From the NCBI RefSeq assembly GCF_009914755.1, contig NC_060944.1: a stretch of 64,000 nt of DNA; one strand, written 5' to 3'. Below the pieces are notes generated by a model. That model had not been told where the DNA came from and ran no database searches. It saw only the letters and a program-made list of their open reading frames with translations. A program made the translations under genes and the position numbers. This DNA is from the human T2T-CHM13v2.0 reference genome, Homo sapiens. Below, one piece after another: positions 53,386 to 64,000 of this stretch (the first letter of the stretch is position 1; every line of letters begins with the position of its first letter).

Positions 53386-53719
53386 CCGCCTCGGCTTGTG
53401 TGATGTATCGTTCGGGACCATGATAAGAGTGGTAAATGAACTGGCACACGGTACCTGCCCTAATGAGTCCGCACCCTTGGGAGAGGCAGGCAGGGGACAG
53501 TGCTAAAGACAAAGGGCAGGTCCTCAATGCTGGGACAAGGGGAGCCAGCTGTGAGGGGAGAATGGTATATGGCCAACCTGTGAGGTCAGACCCAGCGTCT
53601 TGGGAAGAGGAGTTGAAACTGAGCCCCAGGAGGCGGAGGAGGAGCTCACCAGGCTCCAGGTTGGGCCGGGAGCTCCAGAGGCTTCGCCAGCTGCCCCTGC
53701 AAGCACTGAGCTGCTGCTG

Positions 53720-55570
<1,851 letters not shown>

Positions 55571-56969
55571 GTCCCGTTGTATACATTTCAGTAACTATAT
55601 TATTCCATTTGAGTGCTCACTTGTGCAGTTGGGCAGGTTTCCATTCTCGCTATTAAAAATAGTGCCTTCATGAATATTTCAGTGCATATACCTTTTTCTG
55701 TATTTAGGAATATTTTCTTTGGAAGAATGTCCCTAAAGTGGAACTGCTAGGTCTCAGAGGGACTCACTTAAGGCTGGTTCATTCATTCTTGCAGCTCCCA
55801 GCACAAGTGGAATATAGCTTCAATCTGAGATCGGTACCAGGCCCATTTCATTCTCTCATCCCTCCAATTCTGGCCTGAAATATTTCATTCTCTTGGAATC
55901 TATAGTTGTAGATATGAACCTGGCCTTTCTGCTTCTTGGGTTCCATAGGCCTTTTCTTGCTGCCTGCTTGATGTTGCGCAGCTTAATGACTGCTAGGAGG
56001 CTTCCCAAGCTCTGACACTTCCAGGCTGTGAGACTGGAACAAGCTTGGCAATTCAAGACCGGCATTATGGCAGTGAGTTATGAGGGCAGAGGAAGGAGGC
56101 CAGAGCGTGTTGAGAGAGAATTTGGGTTTCACGCAGTGTGTCACGGGAAGCCTTGGATGCTACTGGGTTTGTTTTAAAAAGATGACCGCACTGAACTCAG
56201 GTAAACGGGCAAGGGTGGAAGCGAGGAGGCAGGAGCACCGGCCGCAGAGGTCTGGGAGCTTCTAGGATGGGAAGTGGCCCAGGCAGCCTACGCGGGGCAG
56301 GCCGTCAGTGAGTGGCGGAGCGCCTGCAGTTACAGGGACAGGGAAGGGTGGCCGACGGGATGGGCAAGGGCAGAGGGAGGTGGAGTGGACGTTCGTGGTC
56401 CTGCCTCTCCACGCTGCTGTTTGGAGATGATTCCGGGAGGGTGGGAGGGCGCTGGCGACGGCATTTCAGTGGTTGGACAGGAAGGAAGGAAGGACGTCCC
56501 ATCTCGGCGCTCCAGGGTTGAGCAAATGTCAGTCCCAGGACGGTGGCTCCGGGTGGGGGCGGGGGCGACGGTCCGCAGCCGTCTCCCACCAGCTCCCTGT
56601 TCAGTTCTTTGATGAGAACGATTACGTTTTCTCAGTCTTACTTAAAGCGCTGAGTAAACTCACCTGCAAGACCAGCAAGCCCTGCGCTTCTCTTTCTGCG
56701 CGGTTCCCCGCAGCACATGGCGTGTCCACCCGGGACCCACCTGCGGCCACCTGAAGACTGGGAGGACTGGCTCCGCCCCCGCGCTTCGTCCCCGCCCACT
56801 CATGGGCGGAGCCTCCACAGGGCGCCTCGGCCCCGGGCTGTCACTCGGGACTCCGCCCCTTCATGGACGGAGCCTCCGCTCGGCTCTCTGAGCGCATGCG
56901 CAGCCGGTCCCACCCGCGGCTCCGACACGCCGGAGCCCACGTCCTTCCGGGAGCGCGCGCGCCGGTGCG

Positions 56970-57170
56970 GGTGCGTGCGTGAGCGTGCTCGTCTCCGCTG
57001 CCGCTGCCGCTGCCGCTGCCGGTGCCGCACCCGCGCCCTCTGCCGCCGCCGCCGCCGCCGCCCGGGGTCTCCAGGCTGAGGAGTGCGTCGGCCGCTGCCC
57101 AGCAGCGCCGCGAATCGGGGAGCGGAGCCGCGGAGCCGGCGGGAGGGCGGGCGGGCGGGCGGACGGGCAG
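56970..57170 (+). other. DNAJC5: Non-coding exon 1 (5' UTR) of DNAJC5; intron 1 runs to the window end
   Basis: Strong donor CAG|GTGAGC at 57170/57171 within the CpG island, no ATG in the exon. TSS approximate. Confidence 0.72.
56995..57062 (+). repeat. (CCGCTG)4 and (GCC)7 repeats in the 5' leader
   Basis: (CCGCTG)4 at 56995-57018 plus variant CCGGTG; (GCC)7 at 57042-57062. Confidence 0.93.
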
Positions 57171-58961
57171 GTGAGCTCGCTGCGGGTCGGGCGGGCGGAT
57201 CGGCCCACGTCAGGCCCGGGCAGGCGGGCGGGCGGGCGCGGGTGGGGGGCGGGGGCGGCACTCCAGAGCCGGAAATGGCGGCGACCCCCGGGCCGGGGCT
57301 GCGCGGGCGCTCGGGGCCGGAGCTGCTGCGACGCCGCGGCCTGGGCCGGGGCGGGGGCGCGGGAAGGTCGGCGCCGGGGCCTGCGGGAGCCGGGCCGGGC
57401 CGGGCCGGGGGTCTGAGCACCGTGGTGGGGGCTGGGGCGGCGCTCTCCGCGGGTCTCTTCGGGCCCGGACGCCCCCTCCGCTCCCCCAGGTCCCCGCGGC
57501 CGCCCCCAACCCCCCGGGGTCTCCTCTCCTGCGGGGGGACTGGAGAAGCTGGGCCATCGCTGGTCTTAGGGAGGCAGATAATTTAGTCCCTGGGTCGTTG
57601 TGTTTATAGCTCGGGGAATTGAAAATTGTTCTGTAACGCATCGTAAATTAATCTTTCCGACGTTGTAAATTCCAAAAAGCATTTGGTTTGTTAGAAAAAA
57701 CCTGTTTTCTCCGCTTTATAAAAACATTTGAAGCCATGCTTTATATTGAACTCTTAAGGAGAGTATTAGGAACTCGTCCGTTCAGGTTCTAACTTGTTGG
57801 TGTTAAGTGTCTGGATTAAAGACTCTCTTTTTCGTGTGCCGAAGCCATGATTTCTCAAATTCATTCAGTTGTGTCATACAGGAAAAGGAAGCAAAAATTT
57901 CAGCTTTATTTTTGTTTTCCGGCTTAGGCTTGGTTGGGAAGATTTGATGGTGGTTAGACACGTCTGCCCTTATTTGCCTGTTTAGAAAAACCTATTCTAA
58001 TGACAAAAACAGTTACATTGCTCCCACTATTGTCATGGTTACCTGAAGGCAAAAGTTTACTCAAAGCTTCTGAGATTTTATGTTCGTTTATTTGCTTCTC
58101 TTTTTAAAAAAATGTCAGCTGAGTTTCAGGAATGAGTAGTCTGTCAAACAAGAGATGAAATTAGAAGCCTGGATCTAAGGGCTTTGGGGAAGTTTCGGTT
58201 GAGTTCCCCTTTCACTTGTGTCGGTGCTGTAGGACTCGGGGTGGCTCCAGCTGGCGTCTGGCCCAGCAGAGAGCTGTAGGGGCCCGCTCTGGTTGCTGGC
58301 TGTGTGGACTCTGAGGGACACCCCTGGCGAGGGTGTTAATGAGCCTGCAGCGTCTGAGTCCACCCACCCTCAGACTGGCCCCTGACTCACTCTGCACCTG
58401 CCATATCAGCCTCCTTGCTAGTTCTGAACAGAGCCACATGCTCTGTCCTTGGATCTTCCTGGAATGCCTGGTTCCTTAACCCCCTAGCCTGGCGACTGCC
58501 TGCCTGCCTTGCCACCCAGTTCCCTTCCTCGCTTAATTTTCCCACAGCGCTGAATCCTCCTAGTGTCCTGCTTAATGCATTTATCATACTTAATATTTTA
58601 CTGTGAGTTAGTAAGGTCCGTGGAGAGAATGTTTTGTGAAAAAAACAGTTGCTGGCACATGATCGGGGCCCAGTAAATATTTGTTCAGTGAATGAACGTG
58701 AGGAGCTTAGCAGCAGCTGTGCGTGGTGCTGGCCTTGTCACCCGGAAGTCCTTGTCGGTGAGGACTGAGCATGTAGAGGTAAGGGTTCCTGGAGTGTTGG
58801 CCCTCAGGACAGAGAGCCACCATCTCTCACCTGCCCAATGAGGAAAGACAGCCAGGTAAGGGGTGGCTTGGAAGGGTGCATGGGACCCTTGTAAATCTTT
58901 TCGCAACTTTGAATCTATAATTATTTTGAAGTTAAAACGTTTCTAAAAAGTCAGATCTGTT

Positions 58962-64000
<5,039 letters not shown>

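Larger units (their letters stand above)
56550..57560 (+). promoter_or_regulatory. DNAJC5: CpG-island promoter of the downstream gene (DNAJC5 by recalled gene order)
   Basis: Very high CpG. NRF1 palindrome GCGCATGCGC 56892-56901, multiple GC boxes, composite ETS/YY1 CCGGAAATGGCGGC 57269-57282. Gene name rests on recalled synteny ABHD16B-TPD52L2-DNAJC5. Confidence 0.8.

Overview
GC-rich, Alu-dense primate (human-like) genomic DNA. From translated products and gene order I recognise the distal 20q13.33 locus. It holds the intronless hydrolase ABHD16B (23384-24793, +), the complete TPD52L2/TPD54 gene (+) and the CpG-island promoter, non-coding exon 1 and start of intron 1 of DNAJC5 (assigned from recalled gene order; no DNAJC5 coding sequence is in the window). 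Seven TPD52L2 exons, including a 60-nt cassette, splice to a 206-aa ORF, and two further cassettes (27 and 42 nt) extend it to 229 aa. The first 23 kb has no credible coding gene. It contains old L1/MER53 remnants, many Alus, several minisatellites and candidate regulatory modules. Most ORFs in the supplied track are Alu, repeat or GC-shadow artefacts. I found no new protein-coding system. The best leads are: (1) a ~170-bp non-repeat module duplicated in inverted orientation and ending in a MEF2/TATA-like box; (2) a compact NF-kB/ETS/MEF2 motif cluster abutting a 40-bp VNTR; (3) TPD52L2 splicing features (delta-4 poison donor, UGC-preceded microexon, triple NAG acceptor, probable exon duplication, structured intronic VNTRs); (4) GCC/CCGCTG repeats in a poly-Ala reading frame in the DNAJC5 5' leader. 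Repeat boundaries are approximate and were read by eye.
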